DNA of 53,989 nt, from positions 1 through 53,989 of the forward strand of contig JAAAOT010000162.1 of the NCBI GenBank assembly GCA_009908725.1. The letters are read 5' to 3'. A program made the translations under genes and the position numbers. This DNA is from Bacteroidota bacterium (GTDB lineage: Bacteria; Bacteroidota; Rhodothermia; Rhodothermales; Salinibacteraceae). The notes under the pieces were generated by a model. That model ran no database searches and was not told the DNA's origin. It saw only the letters and a list, made by a program, of their open reading frames with translations. Shown one piece after another: positions 19,447 to 30,074 of the stretch. How positions within the stretch are numbered: the first letter of the stretch is position 1; the number at the start of each line of letters is the position of its first letter.

Positions 19447-20511
19447 TCACCGACCGCGGGTGCGCGACGGCACCTTTGCCTCCTCCGTGAGAATGACGAC
19501 GTCGCCCAGCCCTTCGTGCTGCTCCGCCTCAAACGTCGATGGGTCGGCAGCGGGCCGAATCATCACAACGAGCGACCGGGCGGAGGGGCGGTAGTGCCGC
19601 AGCGCTTCGGGGGTACCGGTACCCCGCGACACGTGGAAGCCGCCGGTCAGATGCACGACGATCGTCCCCGGGCGTCGGAGCAGGTGCCGCGCGATCGTGT
19701 GCGCCATTGTCGCGTCCCACAGGGCCTGTGCCTGCAGCATGGTCGAGGCACCGCCCTTCCCCGCCCCGTGCGGATGGGCGGCCTTCTCATCGTGATCCTC
19801 GCCGTGGGGAGAGGCGTCGGTCGAATCGGGGGACGCTCCGCCGTGATCCTCCGGCATCGCGCGGCGCATCAGCGTCTGCCACTTGTCGCGGTACGCGTCG
19901 CTCGGCCCGGGATAGGGCAGCGGGGCGAGCCAGTCGCGAGCCCAGGAGGACAACGTCTCCAGCGCAGCCGGTCCCTCCCGCGCCACACGGTTGACGTACC
20001 GGCGCGGGGCGTTTGCCGCCAGCACGGGGTAGCCGCCCGCACGGGCGCGCTCCACGAGCGGCCGGTAGGCCGAGTGGTAATTCTGCCAGGCTCGGGCATC
20101 GTCGATGAAATGACGCTCGGCGATATCCCCGGAGAGGTACTCGTCAACAACCGGCTGGACGTCGCGCTCGAACATCTCCAGCGACAGCGCGATCGGGCGG
20201 CCGGCGGTGTCCGCGGCCTGCTCCACCCGCCGCAGCAGCGAATCCTGAAGGGCGTGCGCGGTCGGATCGTCGTGCGTTTCGCCGATAAACAGGACGTCGA
20301 CGGTATCCAGCGCCGCTATGACGCGATCCAGGGACATCGGCGTACCATCCGAGGCGTACACGACGTAGTCGCCGGGGCCGCGCGAGGTGTCAGTCCCCGC
20401 CGGGCCGGTCTCCGATGCGACGGTCCCCGATTGAGCCACCGCAGACGGGCCGGTCAGACCGAAGAGGAGGATCAGCGCCAGCACCAGAAGAGTCGGTCGC
20501 GTCGGCATCAT
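19447..20511 (-). CDS. ChaN/EreA-like exported haem/iron-uptake family protein
   Basis: Signal peptide; VLFIGETHDDP, LSLEMFERD, YRPLVE, AANAPR, QALWDATMA, GGFH. Confidence 0.85.
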   Translation of the reverse strand: MMPTRPTLLVLALILLFGLTGPSAVAQSGTVASETGPAGTDTSRGPGDYVVYASDGTPMSLDRVIAALDTVDVLFIGETHDDPTAHALQDSLLRRVEQAADTAGRPIALSLEMFERDVQPVVDEYLSGDIAERHFIDDARAWQNYHSAYRPLVERARAGGYPVLAANAPRRYVNRVAREGPAALETLSSWARDWLAPLPYPGPSDAYRDKWQTLMRRAMPEDHGGASPDSTDASPHGEDHDEKAAHPHGAGKGGASTMLQAQALWDATMAHTIARHLLRRPGTIVVHLTGGFHVSRGTGTPEALRHYRPSARSLVVMIRPAADPSTFEAEQHEGLGDVVILTEEAKVPSRTRGR

Positions 20512-20549
20512 GCATCCGATCGAATGAACGGAGACCTCGATGACAGCAA

Positions 20550-21992
20550 TTAGCGGCCCGGCGTGTCGTCCTCCTCGTCTTCCTCTTCCTTCTCCGCCTG
20601 AACCTGTTCATAAAGCTCTGCGACGAGCGTTGCGAGCAGCTCGGGTCGACTCTGGGCGAGGCGGGAGACGAGCGGAACGAAGGTGTCGATGATTTCCTGG
20701 TCCGCCTCCGTGTCGCGCTTCCGGGCTGCCAGGGCATCCTCCGCCACCTTGATCGGGTCTTCGGGCAGTTCGTGCTTCTCGACCTCGATGTCGTAGCGGC
20801 GCGCCATGCGAAGCAGCTCGAACTCATCCTCGTTCGTGGCGAGGATGATCGTCGTGCCCTTCTTACCCGCACGGGCCGTCCGTCCGGAGCGGTGGATCAG
20901 GTACTCGCGATCCTGCGGCACGTCGTAGATGAAGACGTGGCTCAACTCGGTCACATCAATGCCGCGCGCGGCGACGTCCGTGGCGACGAGAAACCGGGTG
21001 TTGCCGTCGCGGAGGCGGTCGATGGCCTCTTCCCTGGCGTTCTGCGAAAGATCTCCCGACATCTCCTCGGATTCAAAGCCGGAATTGTTCAGGAACTGCG
21101 TGACGTAGCTGACCTCTCGCTTCGTGTTGCAGAAAATGATCGACGATTCCGGCTCCTCCAGCTCGATCAAGCGATGGAGCGTGGAGTCCTTCTGCATAGG
21201 CGGGACGAGATAGTAGCGGTACTTCATCTCCTCCACACTGACGCGCTCGCTGCTGAGCGACAGGAACCCCGGGTCGTTCAGGAAGTCGCGGGCGACGGTT
21301 CGGACCTTCGCCGGCATCGTCGCGCTGAACATGTAGGACTGCCGGTCCTCCGGAAGGAAGTCGCGGATCTCCATCATGTCCGGGTAAAAGCCCATCGACA
21401 GCATCTCATCCGCTTCGTCGAGGATGAGCGCGTGGATGTTGGAGGCGTCGAACTTCTTTTTGTTGAGCAGGTCCAGCACGCGCCCCGGCGTACCGACGAC
21501 CAGTTGTGCCCCGTTCTCGAGGGCCTCGATCTGCGGGCCGTACCCGACGCCGCCGTAGATGAGGACCGCATCGAGATCGTTCGTGCGGGGCGTGGCGATC
21601 TTCATCCGCTCGAACTCCTCGAACACCTGCCGCGCCAGTTCGCGCGTGGGCGTCAGGATCAGAACCTGCTGTTCCTTCTGCTTCGGGTTCAGGATCTGAA
21701 ACAGCGGGAGAAGGAAGGCGCCCGTTTTCCCGGACCCGGTCCTCGACTGGACGATGATGTCGCGCCCCGCCAGCATGTAGGGAATGGCTTTCTGCTGAAC
21801 CGGCATCAGGCTGGTCCAGCCGGCGGCGCGAACGGCCTGCTCGATGTCGTCAGGCAGATCATCAATGGTGAGTTCGTCGAGCGGTGGGTCGGGCTGGGGC
21901 AATTCCCCAACTTCGGCCCGGCGCTTCTTTTTCTGCGCCTTCGAGGTCAGATCGATGACGCGGGTGTACGAACTCGGCGTATCAGAGGCCAT
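20550..21992 (-). CDS. DEAD-box RNA helicase
   Basis: Q-motif, SRTGSGKT, PTRELA, TPGR, DEAD, SAT, ARGID, HRSGRTAR. Confidence 0.95.
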   Translation of the reverse strand: MASDTPSSYTRVIDLTSKAQKKKRRAEVGELPQPDPPLDELTIDDLPDDIEQAVRAAGWTSLMPVQQKAIPYMLAGRDIIVQSRTGSGKTGAFLLPLFQILNPKQKEQQVLILTPTRELARQVFEEFERMKIATPRTNDLDAVLIYGGVGYGPQIEALENGAQLVVGTPGRVLDLLNKKKFDASNIHALILDEADEMLSMGFYPDMMEIRDFLPEDRQSYMFSATMPAKVRTVARDFLNDPGFLSLSSERVSVEEMKYRYYLVPPMQKDSTLHRLIELEEPESSIIFCNTKREVSYVTQFLNNSGFESEEMSGDLSQNAREEAIDRLRDGNTRFLVATDVAARGIDVTELSHVFIYDVPQDREYLIHRSGRTARAGKKGTTIILATNEDEFELLRMARRYDIEVEKHELPEDPIKVAEDALAARKRDTEADQEIIDTFVPLVSRLAQSRPELLATLVAELYEQVQAEKEEEDEEDDTPGR

Positions 21993-22171
21993 AGTGGACG
22001 GATGTCCAGGTTTGTCCAGAAACAACACGGATGTACGATTGCACATCCTGCGCGTACTACGCAGCGGCGGATCAGAACGATCCTACGCGACGGGAAATTG
22101 TCGGCTCCGTTTCCGGGCGGACCGTTGCGGCCCGTCGCCCGGCGGATCCGCCGACGGATGGGCGGCTGCGA

Positions 22172-22921
22172 CTACATCGCGAGCCCGCCGTCGACGTGCA
22201 AGACGTGACCGGTGATGTACGACGCCGCATCCGACGCGAGATACAGAACCGCGTGTGCGATGTCGTCCGGCGTGGCGGGACGCCCGAGCGGGACTGCATC
22301 CAGCATGGCGTCGCGGGCGTCGTCGCTCAGCGCCTCCGTCATTTCGGTATCGACGTATCCCGGGGCGACCACGTTCACGCGGACCCCGCGCGTGGAAAGC
22401 TCCTTCGCAAGGCTCTTCGAGAAACCGATGATGCCCGCTTTGGATGCGGCATAGTTCGTCTGGCCGGGGTTGCCCATGACGCCGACGACGGACGACAGGT
22501 TGATGATCACGCCGCCACGCTGCCGCATCATGGGACGGTATGCAGCCTTGGCGTAGTTGAACACGCCCTTCAGGTTGACGTCGAGAACGGCGTCCCAGTC
22601 CTCTTCCTTCATCCGGAGCATCAGATTGTCTCGCGTGATGCCGGCGTTGTTGACCAGCACGTCGAGAGCGCCCCAGGCGTCGGTCACGGCCTCCACGTGC
22701 TGCTGCGCAACGTCCGTCTCCGCCACGTCGCCCTGTAGCGCCATCGCCTCCACGCCCTGCTCCTCCAGCTCGGCGACCAGCGCGTCGGCCTCCTCCGTGG
22801 ACGACCGGTAGGTGAACGCGATGCGGGCGCCGGTTTCGGCAAAGGCGTCGACGATGGATCGGCCAATGCCGCGCGTGCCACCGGTCACGAGAATGCTCTG
22901 GTCACTCAGGTCGATCTGCAT
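22172..22921 (-). CDS. fabG: 3-oxoacyl-ACP reductase
   Basis: TGGTRGIG, NNAGITRD, NPGQTNYAASKAG; located in the fab cluster. Confidence 0.95.
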   Translation of the reverse strand: MQIDLSDQSILVTGGTRGIGRSIVDAFAETGARIAFTYRSSTEEADALVAELEEQGVEAMALQGDVAETDVAQQHVEAVTDAWGALDVLVNNAGITRDNLMLRMKEEDWDAVLDVNLKGVFNYAKAAYRPMMRQRGGVIINLSSVVGVMGNPGQTNYAASKAGIIGFSKSLAKELSTRGVRVNVVAPGYVDTEMTEALSDDARDAMLDAVPLGRPATPDDIAHAVLYLASDAASYITGHVLHVDGGLAM

Positions 22922-23034
22922 AAAATACGGCGTGCGGTTTCGGGACGAGAAAAGCGGGGAGGCGGAACGGAAGATTCAGATTCTCCGACAGAATGACAAC
23001 CTCCTCGTCAAAATTTCCGCTCCCGGGCCGCTCA

Positions 23035-23820
23035 TCACCGCTCTGAACCGTCGGCCGTTTTCCGGGCGGTCCGGTCGGCCGCCTCTTCGACAGCCTCTTC
23101 CCACGACCAGATGAACGTATCCTCGATCGGGTCGGCAAATCGACGCACGTCGAGGCGAAGCGTCTCGCTGCCCGCGAGAATGTCCTTGTCGTCCTGGATG
23201 CGATCGAAGTAAAAGGTGCAGCGTCGGTAGAGGACGCGCGACCCGTCCGGCAGGAAGCTATCCCGGATCGGCCCGTACTCGGAGCGCGTCGCCCGGTAGC
23301 GTGTGCCGTCGTCGACGCGGATCTCGCCCTTGGCGTTCGGGCCGGGAACGGTATTCGCCGTCGGCCGCTCGAACCAGTACACATCGATCTGGATCTCGCT
23401 TCGGACGTCGTTCTTTCGCTTCTCAACGAGCTCGAGCGCGCGGTCCTTCGACAGGGCGGAGATCCCCATTTCAACCTCCAGCGACAGCAGGGACAGGTCC
23501 ATACCCCAGAACGTCGCGTAGTCTACAACCGGGAGAGCCTCCGTTGCCGGCCCGATGTCACGGCGCGACACCGACCAGTCGCGAGCCAGCGATTCGAAGC
23601 TGCGCTCCGTGGCCACACCGACCGTCTGGTCTTCCTCGACGACGCGAACGAAGCGCAGCGAGTCCGGATGGGAGGGCACGTTCCGCTGGTACGGAAGCGT
23701 AAAGCGCGCGATGTCCGAGACGTCGTAACCGTCCAGGTTGGAAGAGCTGCAGGACGTGAGGAGGGGCAGCAGGACGGCGGTTGCCAGAAGAAGGCGAAGG
23801 GCGGCTGGGAAGCGGGTCAT
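23035..23820 (-). CDS. Hypothetical lipoprotein inside the fab cluster
   Basis: MTRFPAALRLLLATAVLLPLLTSC lipobox; co-oriented between fabD and fabG. Confidence 0.75.
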   Translation of the reverse strand: MTRFPAALRLLLATAVLLPLLTSCSSSNLDGYDVSDIARFTLPYQRNVPSHPDSLRFVRVVEEDQTVGVATERSFESLARDWSVSRRDIGPATEALPVVDYATFWGMDLSLLSLEVEMGISALSKDRALELVEKRKNDVRSEIQIDVYWFERPTANTVPGPNAKGEIRVDDGTRYRATRSEYGPIRDSFLPDGSRVLYRRCTFYFDRIQDDKDILAGSETLRLDVRRFADPIEDTFIWSWEEAVEEAADRTARKTADGSER

Positions 23821-23994
23821 GACCGGCACGACGGCGAGCGGGAGGACGGCGGACATACCGTATACGAGCAATCCCCTGCTTTGTTAACTTCCCGTCAACC
23901 GAAAATTGCCGCAGCTCGTCATAAACGCAGGACGGCTTGCCGGCAAGAGAGCCGCGGGCCGTCTGGAGTTGATACAAATGGGGTGCTCCGCGAA

Positions 23995-24939
23995 TCAGGC
24001 GGCATCTCCGACGAGGGCGTCCAGTTCTTCCGGGGTCCCGGCCCCGGCGGTTTCGACGTCGCGTCCCAGCGTTCGGCGGACGAGCCCCTGCAGGACGCGC
24101 CCGGCGCCGACCTCGAGGAAGCGGTCCGCGCCTGCGTCGTGCATGGCGCGGAGGGTCTGCGCCCAGCGGACCGGCGACAGCAGCTGGTCGATGAGTCGCT
24201 GCCGGATCTCGGCGGGGTCGGTCGTGGCCTTTGCCGTCACGTTGAGATAGACCGGGCAGGACGGTTCGCGAATGTCGACGGCCTCCAGCACTTCGGCCAG
24301 TCCGTCCCGGGCATAATCCATCAGCGGCGAGTGGAACGCACCGCTGACGGGCAGCGGGATGACGCGCCCGTCGATGCGCCCGGTGGCTTCCGTCACGGCG
24401 CCCTCGTCTCCGGAGATCACGATCTGACCCGGTGCATTGAAGTTTGCCGGCTGAACGACGCCGTCGGTCTCCTCGGAGACGGCCGCGCACACAGCCTCTA
24501 CGTCCTCATCATCCACGCCGATCACAGCCGCCATGGCTCCGGGGCGCTTGTGCCCGGCTTCCGCCATCAGCTCGCCGCGCCGCCGGACGACGCGCAACCC
24601 GTCCTCGAACGACAGCGCCCCCGCCGCGGCCAGAGCGCTGTACTCCCCGAGGCTGTGCCCGGCCACCATGCCCGGCGACACGCCTTCCGCGTCCAGCACC
24701 GCCATCGCGGCCATGCTGTGCACGTACAGGGCCGGCTGCGTGATCTCCGTTCGCTTCAGCTCATCCTCCGGGCTCCCGATGCTCGTGTCCAGACCGAACA
24801 TCAGCGTCAGAAGGTCCACATCCAGCAGCTCGTTCGCCGCTTCAAATCGCTCCCGAGCCTCCGGTCGACGGTCAAAAAGATCCGAACCCATCCCGACAGC
24901 CTGAGACCCCTGCCCGGGAAAAAGAAACGCTGTGGCCAT
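23995..24939 (-). CDS. fabD: Malonyl-CoA:ACP transacylase
   Basis: FPGQGSQ, TQPAL, GHSLGEY, VSGAFHS. Confidence 0.96.
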   Translation of the reverse strand: MATAFLFPGQGSQAVGMGSDLFDRRPEARERFEAANELLDVDLLTLMFGLDTSIGSPEDELKRTEITQPALYVHSMAAMAVLDAEGVSPGMVAGHSLGEYSALAAAGALSFEDGLRVVRRRGELMAEAGHKRPGAMAAVIGVDDEDVEAVCAAVSEETDGVVQPANFNAPGQIVISGDEGAVTEATGRIDGRVIPLPVSGAFHSPLMDYARDGLAEVLEAVDIREPSCPVYLNVTAKATTDPAEIRQRLIDQLLSPVRWAQTLRAMHDAGADRFLEVGAGRVLQGLVRRTLGRDVETAGAGTPEELDALVGDAA

Positions 24940-24955
24940 GATATCTTTGCGGTTT

Positions 24956-25110
24956 GCGTTGATGCGTTTGAGCGTTGATGCGTTGGGGCGTTGATGCGTT
25001 GGGGCGTTGATGCGTTGGGGCGTTGATGCGTTGGGGCGTTGATGCGTTGGGGCGTTGATGCGTTGGGGCGCTGAACTTTGAACCCTGAACCTTGAACCCT
25101 GAACCTAAAC
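24956..25110. repeat. Tandem 16-bp repeat x7 followed by heptamer repeats
   Basis: One variant plus six perfect GCGTTGATGCGTTGGG units (24956-25067), then five (C/T)TGAAC(C/T) heptamers and a partial copy (25071-25110). Confidence 0.95.
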
Positions 25111-26139
25111 CTACCCCCCGTACGCCCAGGTCAGGTACGACGCGCCCCAGGTGAAGCCGCCGCCGAAGGCCGTAAGGACGACGTTGTCGCCTTCCGACAG
25201 CTCGTCCTCCCAGTCGTACAGGCAGAGCGGGATGGTGGCGGCGGTGGTGTTGCCGTACCGGTCGATGTTGATCATCACCTTCTCGGAGGTCAGCCCCATC
25301 CGCTTGGCGGTCGCGTCGATGATCCGCAGGTTTGCCTGATGCGGCACGAGGTAGTCGACGTCGTCGCCCTTCAGGTCGTTGCGCTCCATCACCTCGACGC
25401 AGACGTCGGCCATCGCCGTCACTGCATGCCGGAAGACCGGTCGGCCGTCCTGGTGGATGTAGTGCATCTTGGCGTCCACGGTGGCGTGTGACGGCGGGTT
25501 GAGGCTTCCCCCACCTTTCATGCAGAGCAGGTCGCCGTGCCCTCCGTCGACGTGCTGGACGGCGTCGATTAGCCCGTACTCGTCATGCGGCTCCAGAAGG
25601 ACACCCGCGGCGCCGTCCCCGAACAGGATGCAGGTGGTTCGATCCGTGTAGTCCACGATCGAGCTCATCTTGTCCGCCCCGATCACGAGGACTTTCTCGT
25701 ACCGGCCGCTCTCGATTAATTGCGACCCGGTCGTGAGGGCAAACAGGAAGCCGCTGCAGGCAGCGGACAGGTCGAAGCCCCACGCGTTGGAGGCGCCGAT
25801 CTTGTCCTGCACGAGGCACGCCGTCGCCGGAAACAGCATGTCGGGCGTCACCGTCGCGACGATAATGGCGTCGAGCTCGTCGGCGTCGATACCGCGCTTC
25901 TCAAGCACCTCCTGCGCAGCACCGGCGGCCATGTCCGACGTCGCCTTGTTTTCGTCCCGGAGAATGCGCCGCTCGGTGATCCCGGTCCGCGTCCGAATCC
26001 ACTCGTCGCTCGTGTCCACCATCTTCTCGAGGTCGGCATTCGTCAGCCGCTCTTCCGGGAGGAAGTGGCCGACGGTGGTGATGGCAGCGCGTGGGCCGGA
26101 CGACGACGGGCGACCGACGGGCGGGGACGGGGCGGACAT
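25111..26139 (-). CDS. fabH: Beta-ketoacyl-ACP synthase III
   Basis: [38 protein letters not shown]. Confidence 0.96.
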   Translation of the reverse strand: MSAPSPPVGRPSSSGPRAAITTVGHFLPEERLTNADLEKMVDTSDEWIRTRTGITERRILRDENKATSDMAAGAAQEVLEKRGIDADELDAIIVATVTPDMLFPATACLVQDKIGASNAWGFDLSAACSGFLFALTTGSQLIESGRYEKVLVIGADKMSSIVDYTDRTTCILFGDGAAGVLLEPHDEYGLIDAVQHVDGGHGDLLCMKGGGSLNPPSHATVDAKMHYIHQDGRPVFRHAVTAMADVCVEVMERNDLKGDDVDYLVPHQANLRIIDATAKRMGLTSEKVMINIDRYGNTTAATIPLCLYDWEDELSEGDNVVLTAFGGGFTWGASYLTWAYGG

Positions 26140-26408
26140 AGAATTGAAGGATAGAGCGCGCAGAGAGGAGAAACGAACGGACGCGATCCGGGCACAGGGG
26201 GCGACGCCCGGGATCGGGGCGACACGAACAGACGGCGATGCAGTTCGCGATCGCCCGGTCGGACCAAACGTGAACCCCAAGAAAGGCGAAGAGGGACCGC
26301 AGATCAAGCCCCATCGACCGAGAATCGACGAATCACGCCCGCGCGGGAGGCGGCCTGATGGCGGCGGAATGGACCGGCCTGCATTCAGACCCCCGGCGCA
26401 GCGCCGCT

Positions 26409-27413
26409 TTATCCGCCGAATACATTCTTCAGCTCACCGACCACGTCGGAGCGGACGAGTTCGGCCGTGGAGTGAATCATCTGCTCCACCGCATCGGCAT
26501 TGGAACGGCCGTGCCCGATCATCACATTCCCGTCGACGCCCAGGAGCGGGGCTCCGCCCCGGTGGTCGGCGTCGAAGCCTTTGCTTACCTCGCCGAGAAC
26601 CTTCGCCACGATCTGCTGCTCACCGGCCGGCAACTCCTGCCGCTGCATCTCCTGCGCCGTCATCTTCTTGAGCACCGTGGTCATGCTTTCCCCGAACTTC
26701 AGGAGAATGTTGCCCACGAACCCGTCGCACACGATGATATCGGCTGCGTAGTCCAGCAGATCGCCGCCCTCGACGTTGCCCTTAAAGTTGATGCCGTCGG
26801 CGTCGGTCAGCAGGTCGTAGGCGTCCTTGACCTGCTCATTCCCCTTCCCCGGCTCTTCGCCGATGTTCAGGAGGCCGACCGAGGGATCGTCGATCTGGAG
26901 AACATGGCGCGTGTAGACCGTGGCCATCCGCGCGAACTGCAGAAGGTGCTCGGGGCGGCAATCCACGTTCGTCCCGATGTCGACGACGATGGAGAAGCCG
27001 CGGAGTGTCGGAAAGTAGCCGGCGATGGACGGCCGTTCCACACCGGAGATGCGCCCGAGGGTGAACATGGATGTGGCCATCACCGCGCCTGTATTTCCTG
27101 CGCTGATGAAGGCGTCGGCCTCTCCCTTCTTCTGTGCGCCGAGCCCGAGGTGAATGGACGATTGCCGCTTCTTCTTGACGGCAGACGCGGGGGCGTCGGT
27201 CATCTCGATCACATCCGGCGCATCCACCAGCGTCAGAGGCGCATCCGCGGAGGCGCCGGCCTCGTCCAACAGGGGCTGTATGCGGTCGGCGGGCCCGAAG
27301 AGCAGGATCTGGAGCGGTTCTTCCATCGATTCCAGGGCGGAAAGAACCCCCTGGATGACGGCGTCCGGGGCATTGTCGCCCCCCATCGCGTCCACTGCAA
27401 TACGCAAAGCCAT
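26409..27413 (-). CDS. plsX: Phosphate acyltransferase
   Basis: [37 protein letters not shown]. Confidence 0.96.
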   Translation of the reverse strand: MALRIAVDAMGGDNAPDAVIQGVLSALESMEEPLQILLFGPADRIQPLLDEAGASADAPLTLVDAPDVIEMTDAPASAVKKKRQSSIHLGLGAQKKGEADAFISAGNTGAVMATSMFTLGRISGVERPSIAGYFPTLRGFSIVVDIGTNVDCRPEHLLQFARMATVYTRHVLQIDDPSVGLLNIGEEPGKGNEQVKDAYDLLTDADGINFKGNVEGGDLLDYAADIIVCDGFVGNILLKFGESMTTVLKKMTAQEMQRQELPAGEQQIVAKVLGEVSKGFDADHRGGAPLLGVDGNVMIGHGRSNADAVEQMIHSTAELVRSDVVGELKNVFGG

Positions 27414-27925
27414 ACGGGCCGTTGTGAGATCAGTACCGGAAATGTACTAGAGGAAAAGGTGCTATCGCCGGCCGGGACGGACGACGGCCCGGACCGACCG
27501 CTGGCTGAGGGCGCAGAGTGGCCTCCGCGCCCAGCACATCTGCGTCAACATAGCACGGACACGCCTTGAGTGCAACGCACCGGCCGTTCACCTGTGAAGA
27601 ACCCGGGATACACGACCCTGGGCGTCATTGAGGCGGATGTACGGCGTCGCGGTCAACGAGTCGCTTGATGCACAGCGAAACACGCGTAGGCACAAAAGAA
27701 ACGCACGCTCTGCTCACCGTGCCTCCGCTTTCCGGAGTCTGGGTGCAGGGCGTGCTGGTTTCCTGGGCTGCTTGTGGTGCTGGCACCGCGTCGACTCGCT
27801 GCCCGAAACGTCCGGGTGAAGTCGCCGGGAGACGGAGTCGTGTCAGCGGGCCGCCGGTGGATGCCGGTTGAACGAGGCGAATCGCGTTCAGGCCACCGAC
27901 GGGGCCGGATAAGCCGCGGGGCTCT

Positions 27926-28123
27926 CTACAGCTGGTATTCTGCCGACGGCTCAATGACCTGACGGCCGCGGTAGTGACCGCAGTGATTGCACACGCGGTG
28001 CATCACCTTTGGGTTGCCGCAATTGCTGCAATCCATCAGCTGTGGCACCTTCAGCTCGTTGTAATACTTGCTGCGACGCTTGCGAGTGCGCGACTTGGAA
28101 TGTTTTCTCTTCGGAACGGCCAT
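27926..28123 (-). CDS. rpmF: 50S ribosomal protein L32 (Zn-ribbon form)
   Basis: MAVPKRKHSKSR...CSNCG...HRVCNHCGHYRG. Confidence 0.96.
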   Translation of the reverse strand: MAVPKRKHSKSRTRKRRSKYYNELKVPQLMDCSNCGNPKVMHRVCNHCGHYRGRQVIEPSAEYQL

Positions 28124-28334
28124 GGCTAAGCGGAAAAATCGGTGCGTTGAATCGGTGTCGGCGAGCCGTGCTCACCACAGGCCGGAGTCCGGCCGAATAT
28201 TTGGGCATCTCATCTCGAAATGCATCGGAGGTAAAAGGTCAACGGCTCGGTCGGTTCGGCTGCGGAGATGCATTTCTCCCACATTTTAAAATCGAGCAAA
28301 CCGTCCACAGCCCCGCATAAGCCGGGGGCGACGT

Positions 28335-28856
28335 CTATTCGTCGTCCGATTTCAGCTTCTGGAGCTCGCTCCATCGCGGATCGACGGGCTCCTCCACGTC
28401 GTCCGGGTCGTCGGGTTCGCCGAACGCAGTCGTAATGTCACGATCCTCCGCGCCGGGAGCCACCTTTCGCTGGGGAATCGAAATCATGATCGTATCTCTG
28501 ACGACGTCGGTGATGTCGATCTCCCGATCTCCGCGCTGCAGCGGTCGCACTTCGTCGTAGTCGTCGGTTTCGGTTCCGACGAGTTGCTCCGGACCGTAGA
28601 GCACGCTGTACTGTCCGTGGACCGTTTCGGTGAAGCGCTCGAGGGTACGGTCACACGTCAGCTCGGCATCCGCTTCAATGCTCAAGTGCAGAAGCAGCCG
28701 GTCGCGGTGCGCCTGAATGGTAATGTCGACCGCCACATCCGAGATGTCGTGGATGTCGTCGAACGGCTCCAGATCAAACTCGAGGTCGCTCGCGTCTGGA
28801 GCAAGTTCTACCTGATGAACGCCCGACTTGAACGGCGTAATGTCGAGATGCAGCAT
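28335..28856 (-). CDS. yceD: YceD/DUF177 family protein
   Basis: LTCDRTLE, IDITDVV, VDPRWSELQKLK; canonical position upstream of rpmF. Confidence 0.9.
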   Translation of the reverse strand: MLHLDITPFKSGVHQVELAPDASDLEFDLEPFDDIHDISDVAVDITIQAHRDRLLLHLSIEADAELTCDRTLERFTETVHGQYSVLYGPEQLVGTETDDYDEVRPLQRGDREIDITDVVRDTIMISIPQRKVAPGAEDRDITTAFGEPDDPDDVEEPVDPRWSELQKLKSDDE

Positions 28857-29489
28857 AGCGGGCTAACAAATGGTGTCACAGAGCAAAACGGGCCACGACT
28901 GCGTTGAGATGCGCACGGCCAAAAAAGGGACGTTGAAATGAAACGGGGCTTTCCTGGTTCCGCCGGGCGTTCGCGTCGAGAAGGCCGGCCCGTCGTGCAA
29001 AACCGGGATCCCGGGGATTCGGCGGACCGTGAAATCAGCCCGTCTTCCTTGACGTTGCCGGGACCGATGATTATCGTTGATGTCCCGCTCACGGAAGGCG
29101 ACACAGCCCGCCGCCCGACGCGCCGGACCACAGCCTCGATCGTGGATTCTGAGTTCGTCCGGAGCAGCACTCGTTGCACCAGATTGCCCCATGCGAAGGC
29201 GGAGTAGTGACACACAAGGCGCATGCCGATTGTGGCACGTCACGGGCCACGGACGCTCGGTGTTCGGTTTTGCTATCGACGTCGGCCCATCAAGCCGAAC
29301 GATCCATCCACAGGCCGCCTGAATCAAATGCTGCCTGGACGGGATCGCGCCGGCCCATGATCCGCTCGTAGAGGCGCCGGCGGACCGTCCCGGCCTCCGC
29401 CAACGGCGCAGATCGCGCATTAACCGGGCCTCGGTCTCTGCTCCGACCCACGCAACTTCCTGTCGTTCGCGTAATTTCTGTGAGCAAGA

Positions 29490-29715
29490 TGTGGATAACC
29501 CGTTTATATCGTCCGCTTGACGGTGTACTTTTCCACAGATCAGAGGGCGACATGGAGAATCTGCCCCAACCAAACGTTCACATAATGACCTAAACGCACC
29601 GGAAACAGTGATTTAGCCACTGTGGAAAAACTGTGGATAACATGTGGATACAGAGAGGGGTGTCATCATGTATCGCCCGGGAACGGTGCGCACGGCCCGG
29701 TTACGTTGTGGATAA
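29490..29715. promoter_or_regulatory. Probable oriC: cluster of six DnaA boxes upstream of dnaA
   Basis: TGTGGATAA at 29490, 29632, 29707; TTTTCCACA at 29529; TGTGGAAAA at 29621; TGTGGATAC at 29643. Gene orientation flips across this site. Confidence 0.85.
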
Positions 29716-30074
29716 AGTGCGCCGCAACGTATCATTTTCTGTATGTGAACGGGTACGGGACGGTCACGATTTAGGGCGAGCACGCGGAAATGAGGTGTTC
29801 ACGCGTCCGTGAGCGGTTTCGTCGAAATCGATGGAGCCTCAGGCGTGAGTTTCCGTTAGGGAAATGTGACCGTCCGATGCATATCCGGTTGAGACCCGTC
29901 GCAACGGCGACGTCGGGCATGCCCCGCGTCGCATGATCGCGCGACGTTCCGTTCCGGGTTCGCGGCGCGGTGCTGCCATGTCCGCTCCGGCCGGATCGCG
30001 TTGCCTTCCATCACTCGTATTGTTCTTTCCTGACCGCGGAGACTTCCTCTCGCGGGAGACGGCTCCCACACGCT

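Noticed and set aside
24956-25067. CRISPR array
   Set aside because: Units are contiguous 16-mers with no unique spacers, and there are no cas genes in the window.
28857-29480. Protein-coding gene or known structural RNA (SRP, 6S, tmRNA, RNase P) in the pre-origin spacer
   Set aside because: The ORFs lack plausible composition and I could not recognise the conserved RNA motifs by eye; an Rfam scan is needed.
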